From: Squalus acanthias
Lineage: Eukaryota
Reading direction: 5' to 3'
NCBI GenBank assembly: GCA_030390025.1
Contig: CM059434.1
Span: forward strand, 107,260,001 to 107,324,000
Length of the DNA stretch: 64,000 nt
Positions 25,990 through 39,349 of this stretch are shown one piece after another. Within the stretch, counting starts at the first letter, position 1, and the number at the start of each line of letters is the position of its first letter. Under the pieces are notes generated by a model that saw only the letters and a program-made list of their open reading frames with translations, was not told the origin of the DNA and ran no database searches. The translations under genes and the position numbers were made by a program.

Positions 25990-26285
25990 GAGGTGCCGTC
26001 TTTCGGACAAGACGTTAAACCGAGGCCCCGCCTGCCCTCTCAGGTGGACATAAAGATCTGTCAAGTTATCCCTGGTGTCCTGCACAACATCTATCCCTCA
26101 ACCAACATCACTGAAAACAGATTACCTGGTCATTATCACATTGTTGTTTGTGGGAGCTTGCTGTGCGCCAATTGGCTGCCATGTTTCCCACATTACAACA
26201 GTGACTACACTTCAAAAGTACTTAATTGGCTGTAAAGCGCTTTGGGACGTCCAGAGGTTGTGAAAGGCGCTATATAAATGCAATA
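25990..26285 (+). mobile_element. DeuSINE (SacSINE1-like), 5'-truncated
   Basis: Deu-domain block GGAGGTGCCGTCTTTCGG...GTTAAACCGAGGCCCC and the GGCGCTATATAAATGCAA tail. Confidence 0.8.
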
Positions 26286-26384
26286 TACTACTGCAAATCA
26301 CAGTACACAGATATTTAATGATGTAAAGGATACTGAAAGTAATTTTGAATTGCGTTATTAAACAACCTTCTCTTGTCTTCACAG

Positions 26385-26446
26385 AGGTATATTGACAAAG
26401 GGACTCGAACATACACATGGACTCTAGTAAATAGTACAGATTACAG
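26385..26446 (+). CDS. CACNA2D1: alpha2delta exon 21 equivalent
   Basis: cag|AGG...AG|gtaatg, 62 nt, encoding RYIDKGTRTYTWTLVNSTDY(S). Confidence 0.93.
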
Positions 26447-27756
26447 GTAATGAAATATTACATTAGAAGAGGTCCCATTTCCTTTCCAATCACCTTTTGA
26501 GACTAAGTTTTATCCAAACTATTCATTTTTGGAAGGAGCACGGTTGGTTTAACTTTGAGTACTGCCCTGTCATCTCTGGGACCTGGTTTCAAATCTGCCT
26601 CAGTCAAGTTGCCATTATACTATCAATTTTGCATGATGCTAAGTGGCTTCAAATGTGCCTCACTGCAAAAGCAACACAATTGTGGAGTCAATCTGTGATC
26701 TGACTTCTGAATGCACTGAAGTAGGTCATCTGAAACTGCTTGAACTTCAATCCAAGTTCAAAAAGTGCTCATGCAGTCCATTAATCCTCCTTGGACCTTT
26801 ATAAACATAGCATGGGATCTTTTCAATGTTAGGAGAAAGCAGGTGTTCCTGCCTATATTCTTTAATTGAAAATTAGCCACCCAGGGAAAGAGAACTCTCT
26901 GCAGAAGTGCACCTATTTCTCAGTGATTGAGCAGATGGCTGGTGAGGAAAATAAAAATGCCTCACTTGTGCAGTAGGGATACCTTTCTGAGGTTGTGGTT
27001 AAAGTATATTGTTGAGACAATGTAGAGGGAGCTTTATTCTGCATTTTACCCATGCCTGACTTGGATTTGCTTGATGCTGACACGAAAGCCCTGATTTTGG
27101 AGACACTTCCTGCAACATGGAGGCTTGCTGATGGCAGGTGGGGCTCAGAAAATCTGTCCCTGAACCTCAAGCTTCCGATTTGTGTCTGATGGGCAATTTG
27201 GGACCAAAGAATACTACTGGCCTCATTTAAATGATTTAAGACGGGTCCCATGCTTTATCTTCTAACTCCGGGCAAGGCTCCATCTACTGCGTACACCTCT
27301 CCCATCTAAACTGGGCATGCAGGAGTCCTGGGACTTGGTGTTTTAAAGGGGAATAACAATTATCGTTCCTGGTAGATGACGTTGTGCTGCTTTGACTCCG
27401 TGTATTCTTTGTTTTTTCTGTGTAGAATCACCTCAGCCTGTTTGCCTCAGCATCTGTTTGCTGTTTCTCAGCTGCTGCATCCATCTTCAAAATAAATGCA
27501 CTGTGCACTTTGGCACAATGAAAATATGTGTGTAAAAGGACAATGGTTATGCACAGTGCTTCAAATGGTACCTCCCGGAGGATGTGGTAGTTATCAACTT
27601 AGGTTTGTGCTATGGATGATGGGCCTGACAAGAAATATGAGGAGTATGGTTATCTTTGCCTTCTTCCTGATACTAGTAAACTTCCTGCTCACTTGGAGCC
27701 AGGTGTTAAGGATCTAGATGACTGTATTGACTCTGTCAGCAACCTCCCTGTACGCT

Positions 27757-27972
27757 TGCGCCCGGGTGGTCCTGGAGATGGAGCACGCGGTGTCCACCGG
27801 CACGCTCAAGGCCTACCGCGACCGGTGGGCACCGCAGGAACTGGAGTGCATCATCACCCCGGGGAATAGAATTTTAATTTGATTTGTTAAGGTTCCTTTT
27901 TATTTGTTTTAAGTTACAGTCCTTATTGTTTGTGTCCCTTTAAAAAGGGGGCATCTGGTTGACTTTTAATAA
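27757..27972 (+). mobile_element. Tx1/L1-like retrotransposon 3' end
   Basis: GC-rich frame ARVVLEMEHAVSTGTLKAYRDRWAPQELECIITPGNRILI* followed by a T-rich 3' UTR; family call is from memory. Confidence 0.55.
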
Positions 27973-30171
27973 GCAATCGCCTATGATCAAGAAAGAGTCG
28001 GCAACCTCCATGAATGCAGCTTACACCTGTTCATTTATCGAGGCCCCCCCAAAAGAATTGCCTTTTTTTAGTTCACTTCCTGCAAAAAGACCTCTTAGCA
28101 TCAAAAGTAGGTGGCACTTCTGCTCACACTTCTCTACAGTGCCTTTGTGAGCAAACAGTCAACTTTTCTATCATCCCTTCAACTTCCCCTTTAATGAGCT
28201 ACTGCCCTTTAAGAGCTGCTGCATTGCCAGATTTTCTGCTCCCAACCATGTGTGCTGCAGGCCAAGCTCTCTAAGCATTCTGATCATGTGCCAGTACCTT
28301 ATTAGGTAAATTAGAGAGAGGAACTTGCATCAGAAGATTTGATGCAGCTCATCCTCTGAGCTACCGACAAAGGCAAGCTTGTGCACGAGCTAGCTCAGGC
28401 CATTATCAGATGGCCGAGGATCAAGTGAACATTGTCGAAAGTATTCCCACTCTGCAAAATCTTTCAAGTGGACAAACATGAAAAAACCTCCACCCACAAA
28501 AGACATATCCTTGCTGTTTACACAATACATGGATTAAGCAAAAAGATCATTATTCTTTACTAGTTGTTCAACATAACTTAATATAGTCCATGCCAGGATG
28601 ATGGAGATAATTTTTTTCCCTCTCCCATTTTTCTTCCTTACCGTGCCTCTTCTAAAGGTGGTGTTCCCATGCTTTGGTATGGTTGCATGGATACTGGTCA
28701 TGTTTTGGTACCTGGTTCCTTGACAGTCATTGTTCGCAGGCCATTCAACCATATGAGTCATCACAACCATTCTCTCCTCACCTGATGTTCACAAACACAC
28801 ACTTCCAGGATGGATTGCTGGATAACAATCACGAGCGGGAACCCAGGTCACTTTTCCTGTACCGTTGCCCTAGCTGGGATCAACTACTTAGGCACAGAAT
28901 GAGGATCGAAACTGGAACTTTTCTGGTGCATATATGACTTAGCTATTCATGGAACAAGCTTTGTTGAACAAGCCAAGAACCTTTTCATGCCTTAAAATAA
29001 ATTTTCTTCACACTGTTGGGGAACTTGGACTGGAGAATTCCACAAACACTGCCGCCTTTCCCCCCTTTCAAAACAAAAGTCCTGTGTGATTATTTTCAGA
29101 AGAAAACATTCCACCATTTATGTTTCTTCAGCTCTGTTCTGCTGGGTGAAAATTTGAGTATGTTGCTTTACCTCTGTGCAGTCTCACAACAAATGAGGTT
29201 GAAGACAGTTCTGTGAGAAGACATCTTTTATCTGCAGTCAAGTGTACAAATAGTTCTCCTGAGAAAGCAGAGGAACATTCTCATCAGATCCCCCCTTATA
29301 AAGTCAGCTATGTAGAAAGTATTATATTTAAACTTTGATTAAACAATTTTGACATTGTTCTGATCCATTCAATATGTTTAACTAAATAGGATTCTCTGTG
29401 ACATGATTGATAAAGGGGAACAGCTGGAAAGATTAGCGTTGTAGCAATCCGAGAGCGCAGAATAGACACCCGTACCAAAGGTATTAGGTCAGAGTGATTT
29501 ACCAGTCTCATGGCTTCAGTTATTTCAGATTTTGTATGATTTTAGGCAGGGAATTTCAGGATATTGACTTGGCAATGAGAAAGGAATGGCCTTGTATGTC
29601 CAGTTATCTACTAGACTGTCTGACTCAGTAACTCCGCCAAGCCAGCTCACTAGAAGATGTCATCAGCACTCTTAATTGAAACAAAATATTTATCTCTTCC
29701 TCCTGGCTTCCACCTGGCGTCAGCTAAATAAAAACACTTTCCACTTGATGCTCACATTGGCCTGTTGGCCTCCTATATAAGCAGAACACTGGAATCAAGG
29801 ACAGATTAGGAAATTTGATTTTGTTTGTTGTACTTCAGAAAGCAGACAAGAGAGTTTAGTTGAGGGGGAAATCCACTTATCACCATAACAAAAATGTGCT
29901 GTCATTTTCTGCTAGATTGCATCATCCCTATTCCCTTTCCACCAGGGATTCCCCACTTTGCATGTTGAAACCATTTGGCAGCAAAGGAAAATTGACCTTT
30001 AAAATCACCGGCTGACTGTTGGCAGTGAGAAGGAACTGCAATGGGAGCATTAATGGCAGCGAGTTTACCATAGTACCAATGACATCTTTTATTTATGCTG
30101 TTTCCTGTATGGTTGCTTCTTGCTCACCAGAATCAATAAGTTATGTGATAATATCTGTCTATTTTCCCCAG

Positions 30172-30248
30172 TTTGGCATTGGTTCTGCCACCGTACGGTT
30201 CCTACTACATCAAAGCCAAACTAGACGAGGTTATCACCCAGGCGAAAC
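30172..30248 (+). CDS. CACNA2D1: alpha2delta exon 22 equivalent
   Basis: cag|T...C|gtaagt, 77 nt, encoding (S)LALVLPPYGSYYIKAKLDEVITQAK; phases agree with the neighbouring exons. Confidence 0.93.
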
Positions 30249-30689
30249 GTAAGTATTAGGAAGGGCGCAAGCTAACCTGCTACTGCATGCCAAAGTATTG
30301 ATTCTGTAAAGTAATAAAAGATCTTAAGCTAATATTTTGAAAGTTTCTGAAACAGTAAGAAGTAGGTTATCAGATAGATGTCCTTCATAGTGTGAAGCAA
30401 TGATTCTAAAGCATCGGAGAAACAAACATGCAAGGATGTAACCGACTGCATGGTTTGAATCTGTAAGAGTGCTCATTTTCTTTCTGTGTCAAAGTTCCGT
30501 TACTGAATATGCACAATTTCCCTTGTCATGTAATTTTTAGAATCATTGTACAGCTGTACCTTCTGGTTCTATGCATCCATTAAAAGGTCTGTTTATTCCT
30601 TCTGATTAATGGATTTTTTGCATGATTGTATAAATAATTTAATAGTATTGGATAGAAACAAAACCCTGCCTTTGATTCATTGAAGTATT

Positions 30690-31452
30690 GGCCCGGATTT
30701 TGCGGTAAGAATAACAGTGAGGCTATCGGCGCTCACTGTTATTAGGGAGTAAATCGGACAGCAACTTCCAGCGACCGCACATGCGCAGTTAAACGTGAAA
30801 ATCAGGAAGTTGCTGTCCAATTTGCCCTGCTCCTCCACAAGCTTCGCTACACCAGTACCTCGCTGAGAGATTCGGCATTCAAACACATGAAGGGCATGAA
30901 GTTGCGATACTTACCCACTAGATACCCACTAAACACACCAGAACAAGTTAGGGCTTGTTCATTCAAGTGTAAGTGAATTTTAATGGTGTGCTGAGTCTTA
31001 ATTACTACCAAACAACCTCTCTGGCACAGAAAATTTACTTTTACAAGTGCGGAGTCTCATTTCTTCAGATTTTAATTAATGTTGGAGAATTTTTAAAAAT
31101 TAAAAAGTTTAAATACTTTTTTATACATTTTCTTTCAGCCTCTTACCTCTCTTTCTTAAACCTACATTTCTTTCCCTCTCTTTATTTTGCTTTCTGTGCC
31201 TGAGTTGACATTGAATTCAACATTCTAACTTATACTTCCTGGTTTGGACTCTGTGTGCCTCAGGAAGGATTCTTTTGAAGAGACACAGGTCAGGTTCGCA
31301 CAGGTCCCAGATCCCCTGTAGAGGGCGCCTCGCTGTTTTGACTGTTGATAACAGCAAATCGCGGTGTAAAAGCCACAGAAAGTCTGTGGGCAAGTGTAAG
31401 CATAATGAACGGCGAGCGCCATTTGTTCACGGCTGACCGCAAAATCCGGGCC
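30690..31452. mobile_element. PIF/Harbinger-like MITE, 763 bp
   Basis: Perfect 17-bp TIR GGCCCGGATTTTGCGGT / ACCGCAAAATCCGGGCC with an ATT TSD. Confidence 0.85.
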
Positions 31453-32524
31453 ATTGTATTTAAAAAAATAAGTTTGCCCCTCAATTGACTTTCTTTGCAA
31501 GTTTAATTTGACTTGTATCTGAATGAATTTCACAGAAGTAATACAAGTCTCATCCACCCACTTTCCTTGTGCTAGTTTTTTCTTGTTGTTTTATCTTGCA
31601 ACATAAATCTTTATTGCACTTTAACATTTTAAAAAGAGTTGCAAAGAAATAAAATAAAATGACAATTCCCCACTTGCATGTGTGATAGTTCAAGCCTGTT
31701 AGCAGCCTGGATGGCATAGTTTTAAGCATGCGCTAATTGTCCAACCCTTTTATACCCAGCATATTCATTTGCCATTTAGCCTTGTGTTCCAAAGGCCCCT
31801 TTACATCATGCTTGGCTAAACAAAGACCCTGGCACCTACAGCACGTGAGCAGCAAAACATTATAATTATAGGGCATCCTAAGGTCAGCTTAGAAAGATTT
31901 GGGTAAAATAATTCACCTGTTAACCTTTGACCCATACATTTTCCGAGCCTGTGACTATAAATACAAATTTAGTAATGGTTTGTCATGCAGGTAAGGCATG
32001 ATGGAAAACTAAACCACCTATCCTTAATATACAGGAAGCTTATAAAATGATAATCATAGATGTTCTAAATTTCCTGACCACTCGGTTTTGTGCTAGGTGA
32101 CTAATGCGACATCCCTCTTTTTAAATGTATCCCCAGCATCCTTTCATACCAGACGTGCACAGGCAAAGATTGGCTATACACAACCCAAGAAATTAATGCC
32201 ATTTCATTGCTGACCACAAAAAATATTTACTAAAAGGGAAAAAGAAAGCTGTTTTAAAATTACACTGAAACCATTTGCGCCCTTATTCCTAGGACCTGCA
32301 AGTATATTTGTGGCATTATATTAAGTGATGGTATAACTCCATAAAGATGTCTTCACCAGAGTGATGCTTTAGTGGGGCTGGGCTGAGGATGGCTGTTTGC
32401 CACAAAATTCTTGAAATTCCATCTGTTGTCCATGTTGTCATTAGTCGAGATTTCTGTGGGGCTGCTCGTTGCATAGCAACAGAATTCTCCCACTGTCATT
32501 GATGGGAAGGATTAAAATACATTT

Positions 32525-33196
32525 GGGGAGAAATTCAACTTCTGGCTGCCCATTTGGTGCCTGTAAAATTGGGCGTTCGGCCTCCTAATTTCGTGTTGCG
32601 ATCTGGAAGTGCGCTGGATGACATGTTGGCTCAGGTGACTTAAATACGCCATTTTTAGGACCACAAATGCAAAATTCAGTTACAAATGAATGGAGCTTCT
32701 GCCGCGCTTGCTGCACTTAGCTGTAATAGGTCTTGAGCGGCTAACCAGTGGTCCTTAAAGAAGGCCAGAGGCTGCTTAAAAAGGGGCACCAAACATTTTC
32801 AGTTTTTATTGGTGTGGGCCCAAGAGAAGTCGGTGAGTTGCTCCTGGGCCTAAAAATAAACTCCAGCCCACTGCCAGCGTATTTGAGCCATGCTTCACCA
32901 CCCCCCACCCCAACACAGAATAGTCTATTCTCCCCCCTCCTCCCCTCCCCCACCCCACCCCCCCAACCCAACCCAACCCGCTGGCCAGCTCCATGTAACA
33001 GCCAGCTGATTTTGCGCCCTCCCCAACTGCTGAGCTGCATCTTTGCCCCCATTTTGTGCTCACGGCTCATTGGCAGCATTTAACTGAGGCCTCAAAACCA
33101 AATTTGGCTCGGGCCTTGAGCCGACACCGTCTGGCATGCGGAACATTCGCTCCGCCAACTTCGTGCCTGTTTTAGCCGCAAGTTGAACTTCTCCCT
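32525..33196. mobile_element. PIF/Harbinger-like MITE, ~670 bp
   Basis: Imperfect TIR GGGGAGAAATTCAACTT / AAGTTGAACTTCTCCC with T-rich flanks. Confidence 0.7.
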
Positions 33197-34672
33197 TTCT
33201 GTAATTTTAAGGTGCCACTTATTAGTTAATGCTATTTAATGGCAGTATTGTAATAATGTTTAGCCCATGGCTAGATTTAATTTGTATCAAGTTAACTCAT
33301 TTTCTCTCCAGCCGTTTTTGGTCTCTCTGGGCTGTGCACTTTTTTGGTCAAAAAGACAGCCAATCTGCTCTAAGGCCTCGACAATTGCTGCTATAACTAG
33401 GCCTGGGAACTACTCTGCTTTGCATTATTATTTCCTCTACTTGGTGCCTCCCTACAGCACTATGGATGAGATCAGGAGCTGAATAGAGTAGCTGTGAAAG
33501 TCCAGTGTGTGACATGGCCCTGACTATTGGTGCTCCAACATACTGCCCCACAACAGCATGTCATTGTCATATGACTGTTTATAAACTGATGAAGAATATC
33601 AATTTTTATTCAGAGATTTATCATAACTTCCTGCTATTATTGTGAAACGGACTCAGTCATAAGGAGCTTATTGGGCTAGATTTACAGACCTTTCCAGTCT
33701 AGAGGAACAACAGAGATGTTATAAATTATGGAGGGATACCAAAAAGCAATTGGATAGGGATAAGGTGAGAAGAAAATCACTAAACAATATGATACGTGGT
33801 GTACTTATGTTGTCTATTACATTTTGCTGCTCTGGGTTGCATTCAAAAGATGATCTTGCTATTGGAAACAGCCTTGGGTTGTCCAGGCTGTTCAGTAGAA
33901 ATGTAAATACTACAGACACATGCAGGTCAACAACCGCTTTAGAATTTAAAAATACCATTTACAGAGCACGTTTAAGTTCAGAAGAATAATCAGATATAAT
34001 TCAAACTACAACTCCCCTGGAGACTTGTGTTTCTATGCATTCCTTTCTTTCTTGAGTAGGCCCGAATCCTTGATTGTGCATTTTTAAAGGACTGTTGGTC
34101 TTTAAGACCTGCAGGAAGATTATTGACCACTATCTAAGAAAACAAAGTTTTAAAAACAAGTTAGTATCTAAAAATAATAAAAAGTAATGATTTGTAATGA
34201 CAAGGAGAGACGTGCACCATATGTTCTGCACCTCATCTTACTGCATCCATTTTGCAAACCACTACTTCTATATTTTATTGAAGAACATTATTTGAGGGAA
34301 GCTAAAGGCCCTTCACTTCTCAAAGGGTTGCAATGCTTCTCGTTATATTTAATACTGTGCATGATATTGCCCCAGCCTAGGGCCTTGGGTATAACCAGAC
34401 TTGTATTACCTTTGTGTTGAGATACATTTGTTGCTCAGTAAACAGACCTTTAAATGATACAGCTTCTTGAAGGTAACGTTAATGGTGATCACATACAGTT
34501 TTTCAGTCTGCAAGCGAGTGTGTCTTTTTTCAGACTTCTACTGTGCATTAAGTCTCCCAGTATAGCACAATATTTTTATTCAAGCACTCGTTGAATAAAA
34601 TATTGTTTATAATCCCTTCTACTTGACCCTTTTTCCTGTTCCCTGCTTTCTCTTTCTGATGGATTCTGACAG

Positions 34673-34684
34673 CCAAAAGCAAGG
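34673..34684 (+). CDS. CACNA2D1: Candidate 12-nt microexon (alpha2delta-1 splice region C equivalent) with GC donor
   Basis: Long pyrimidine tract then cag|CCAAAAGCAAGG|gcaagt; phase 1-1; gives QAK-PKSKD-LES versus human QAR-SKKGKMKD-SET. Confidence 0.6.
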
Positions 34685-35057
34685 GCAAGTATCTTTTTGT
34701 TGGTCAATTTCCTCATTGTATTGTCTTTATAGAGTATACTGTAATGCACTAGTGCTCCTATCCCTGTTGGATATTTTCCTGTGTTTATCGTATCTGATCT
34801 TTATCTATTAGCTCTTGGTGTCCATTATCATTACATTAATAGCTTTAGCTTACTTCTTTGATATGAATTACTGCTTGCTGTCTGTTTATTTTCTATAATG
34901 CTGCACTATGCAAAAAAAAAAAAATTGGTTGGTGAATAATTATTTTTGCTGTTTTGGTAAGAGGAATTCTGTTCAAACTGTTCCATGTCAAGGTCTGGCT
35001 ACCTAAAGGGTACAAATGGAAGCAATAATGAGCATCTTAACAATTGTTTCTTTTCAG

Positions 35058-35118
35058 ACTTAGAATCAATAATGCCCGATAACTTCGACACTACAGGATA
35101 TGTGTATCTCGCACCAAG
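35058..35118 (+). CDS. CACNA2D1: alpha2delta exon 24 equivalent
   Basis: cag|AC...AG|gtagct, 61 nt, encoding (H/D)LESIMPDNFDTTGYVYLAP(R). Confidence 0.9.
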
Positions 35119-36834
35119 GTAGCTCAGTTTAATGCTTTGTTGTGAGAGCGCATGTAAAGCATGACTGTTTGGGGAAGAAGGGGCTTGATTTGCTGTGACT
35201 TGGGAGCTCCTGGCACTGGAATAACTGCTTTTAAAGTTGTCCGGACTGGTGCCAACTTCGGGAGATCTCTGGATTTTGGACAGGAGTTAAAAATGTTGGC
35301 CTTTGGCCTGTGGTGGAGGAGTTCTGTTTTCGGCATGCTTCTCATCCGTCCTGTTTCAGCTACATCCAACAGGTTTAAATCCTAAAGAAAGAAAATGCAT
35401 TTTTCACAAGCAAGGAATATTTTCAAAGTAATCATTCATTGAGTCCTCAATGTACTTAGCATGTCCACACTTCCTAATTTTTGGTAAAAATGAGGTCTTG
35501 AGGACCTGGGGACTAACCAAAACATGCAGCGTTTTTGAATATACCAAATTTGAATTAACCCATAAGTGTTGATTTAAATAAAAATGGCCTCTGACAATCT
35601 ATTAATACATTGAGATCATTTGTTCACTCCAACCGTTCTTCTTTAGGCATTCATATACCAACACAAAAAAGCCTGTGGTCGTGAATTAAAGTCCTGACAT
35701 CATTATTAGTTTGTCCCGATAATTCTCTAACTAGGAGGGGAAAAAGTGCAGAAATAAAAAAGGCAAAAAACACAGGAAGATTCAGATGGGAAGAAATTTA
35801 AAAAAATGAAAGGATATAAAATAGAGGAAAAATCAAAGCACAAAAGCAGTAAACTAGATCAAGAAGGAAATGTAAAAATACTTTTGAACGACATTCATGG
35901 CATCATTTTTTTAAAAACCCAGCCGTTTGGTTGTCTAGAGTGGTCGCTCACAGTCTGGATCTTGACAGCAATCAGTGAATCGTGTTCCTGGACCAATCAC
36001 TTAAGAATGACACAAAGGTCACCTGAAACCGCGAGAGGTTAACATTTTAGATGGGACCTATGCCACAATGATATAGCATCAGCAGTGCACATATAGCATG
36101 TAAAAGTGGCAATTCAGCTTTTCTGAAGTAATCTAAACTGAAAGCACGACAACACAATGGAGGTTCTTTCATAACAGAACGAGCACCAAATTATAAATAT
36201 GAATAAGAAATTGATCTGTTGCAAGAGACATATTAACTAGTTTCCACAACTATTTACAGTTAAACTGAAGAATTGTTGAAATGAAATATTTAAATTGACC
36301 GCACATGTATCCCGGTGTGTATCATGCACACAGGGAAATCTGTGAATTCTATTCACAAACGTCCTTATTGAATAAGCAATAAGCTGCAACAGAAGCCTTT
36401 CATCATTTCATTTAAATGTTTTCCAGTTCTAGCCTTCAGAGCAGCAGAAACTACACACGAGAGCAAGACGAGCGTTACACTACTCAACAGAGCTCTGCAG
36501 ACTAAAGAGAGGAGTAGAAACATGAGAACTTTGTGAAAAAACCTGCTTTCAATAGCTATTGCCTCAGGCTCCTGCTTTGCAGCCCTCAAAAAAATACGAT
36601 TTAATTTCTCTTTATACTTTTGGACTACACAATAAATAGGATAGAATGTTTTCTGTTGGAACATGCCCTAATACAGTAGCAGTAATGTTGGCAGATTTTA
36701 GATATTGGCTTCAATACTGGAAAAATGCTTTGTCTGTTATTCAGTGATTGCTGAGTGAAATGTTAAGGGGAAAACCTCACTTAAGTTAACTTTTCACTCA
36801 CAAAAACCACATGGATTTTTGACAGAGATAATTA

Positions 36835-37190
36835 GGGCTCCTCTGTTAGCCAAATGGGTGAATGTGCAGCTTGACCAAGATGATCCCAGTTTTAATCCCT
36901 GCTCTGTGCCGAGTCAACTGATCTTAGCTGGGGCAGCCGTGAGAAGCTAGGACATTACCCTGGACTCAGGATAGTGAAAATGAGCCAGGTTTCCAGCTCC
37001 TGTGCATTATCCAGTGCCCTCTGTTAGAAAGTGTGGCAAGTGAGGACAGGGGTTGACTTGGCTGTGCTACCCGCCACAAATAGCATGTTGACTGTCTAGG
37101 TTCAAACATGGAATAGTCACTTGGATAAGGTACTGGAGTGCTATTGATGCCCATGGACCTGCACCTCAACATGAGCCATTACCTTCAGGA
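36835..37190 (+). mobile_element. Old tRNA-derived SINE-like remnant
   Basis: Degenerate A/B-box-like head. Related degraded copies appear on the minus strand at ~940-1140, ~25300-25460 and ~28700-28940. Confidence 0.45.
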
Positions 37191-37638
37191 AAGGAAGGGA
37201 AATAAAGTAATTAGAGAATATGAATTTTGACAATAAAGAAACACCATCTTTGTTACAGTCGGTGAGTAGTGATGGCCCTTGCGACAGACCACACTTAATC
37301 AGATTGCAATTTGATGAAAAATACACCCTGATGCTATATTGAAGATTGGGAGTAGATTTGGTTTTTAGATTGCATACCTACGGCTGGTTGGCAAGTGGAA
37401 TTTTCTAACTATGGTTGGCACCTTTTGAACCCAGCACTGACAGTGTTGTTCCGTAATCAATGTCTTTTGTGTGTTTTAGAGATTGCTGTGTTCTGTGTGC
37501 TGTGATGTGTACAGCCGAGTCCTCTTCACGTGTCTTGTTGCCACCGTCTGGTTGTATGTGTTTTCTTCTCATAGTGGCGATGTTTGTTTACATGTGGGAA
37601 GGCTGTTATAGTGTGTATGTGTTAACAATGCCTTTCAG

Positions 37639-37736
37639 GGAATACTGCAATGGATTGACTCCTTCAAACAACAATACAGCATTCCTGGAGAACTTTATTC
37701 ATCTTATTGACCGCCAAACTCCAAATTCTCCAAATT
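37639..37736 (+). CDS. CACNA2D1: alpha2delta exon 25 equivalent
   Basis: cag|G...T|gtaagt, 98 nt, encoding (R)EYCNGLTPSNNNTAFLENFIHLIDRQTPNSPN(C). Confidence 0.93.
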
Positions 37737-38359
37737 GTAAGTACCATTCGTCATTGTCTGTGGTGTAGCACGCCAAATATTCAAAGTGCTTTTGTTGAGT
37801 TTGAGAAGAACATGCCAAAGGATCAAGGCCCACATTGCAAGACCACAAAGAATAAAAACACTAGGGGAGAAGATGATTAATCAAGCAGTGGTTAGAAAAA
37901 AAACGAGACTTGGTTTAAGAGCCTGTGGAGGAAAGGAAGAGAAAGAGCTGTGGAATCCCCTATACACCCTCATAGACAGTTTGCTGTAGTTAGCAGAATT
38001 CCAAACAATGCGGGATCATTTTATTGATGATTTTGTGCACAGCAGTATTGTAGTGGATTATTCACACACGTTTCAGAGCATCGGGGTAGGAATTGTAGCC
38101 TTCGCCTTTACGGAGCAGAGCTCAGGCATGTATGGATATTTGCACCTTGCTGCAACAGCACAAAAAGGTACAAAAGAATGGACGAGCTGATGAAGAGCAA
38201 TCAAGGTAACTACATGCTACATATGAACTGACAGGTACCTGAATAACATTAGGCAATCTTGGCCAAAACTCAGACAGGAGAGAACAAATTCTTGTGAATC
38301 ACAATGCTCAGTTGCAATGGGAGCATCAGTTCTGAATCCCCAGAAAAAAAATCACAGTA

Positions 38360-38745
38360 CAGGAAACTTTTGTTTATCCGGCACCCAAATATCCGGAATT
38401 CTCGCTTAACCGGCAAAAATTATCCTCCGAAAACTCCTCTCAAATAACCGGCAATGTTGCCGAGTCGCAGTCGAGTCTCCGCGAACGCCGAGTACTCCGA
38501 AAACTCCTCTCAAATAACCGGCAATGTTGCCGATCCCGAGTCCGAGTCCGAGTCCGCGAACGCCAATTTAGTCAGTAGGGGTAGTTTTCAAAAGTACCCA
38601 AATACTGTATACTGCACATTTCTTGATTTATTTATTTTTCTTTGTTAAAAATAGCCTCGGTAGATATAACTCTCCGTTATCCGGTACTTTCGATAAACCG
38701 GCACCACGCCGGTCCCGTCGGTGCCGGTTAATAAAGAGTTTCCTG
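38360..38745. mobile_element. Tc1/mariner (pogo/Tigger-like) MITE, 386 bp
   Basis: TA|CAGGAAACTTTTGTTTATCCGGCAC...GTGCCGGTTAATAAAGAGTTTCCTG|TA. Confidence 0.85.
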
Positions 38746-39349
38746 TAATTCCCTGACAAGCAGGTTCAATTCTGCCTCCTGAATATGTGCTTGGCATTCT
38801 AAAGAAATCTTCCAAGCCTGCAGTCCTAACATGGTGGAAAGGGGAGACAATGTTGCTAGTCATTTAAAAAAAAAAATGCTCCTCTCAAAAATGGCATTCA
38901 GTAAAGCAATTTGCACAACCGATTGATAGAGAACATGAGGTACCACTTCAGAAAATTATGCTGTATTTATCATTCAGTTAAGGAATGGTTGTATCTTTGC
39001 ACAAAATATATTAGGCCTCTTTTTATTCAAGTGAGTGAACATTACTGATTGGCTGAATTTTGAATGAACTTTATCAGAACAGACAGATATTCAGGATGGC
39101 ACTCGCACAAGGGAACCTCGGATAAGTTAATATGATCATTGCAGACAGGTATGCAGAAATGCACCTGTAGTTTAGTCATCTGGCTATTTCCCATTGCTAA
39201 GAAATAGATTTCTTTTCCCAAAAGTTCTGCATTTAATTCTGGCCTTAAACAGCCAAGATTGCAGGCTATGATGGAGGGGATAATGAGGGGTAATTGCCAC
39301 TGGAAGAAGAAATTTAGAGTACAAAATTTTCCAGACTTTGTCTTCATTT

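Noticed and set aside
34673-34688. 16-nt exon using the GT at 34689
   Set aside because: It would frameshift and has a poor donor (AA|GTATCT); the GC donor 4 nt upstream fits frame and consensus better.
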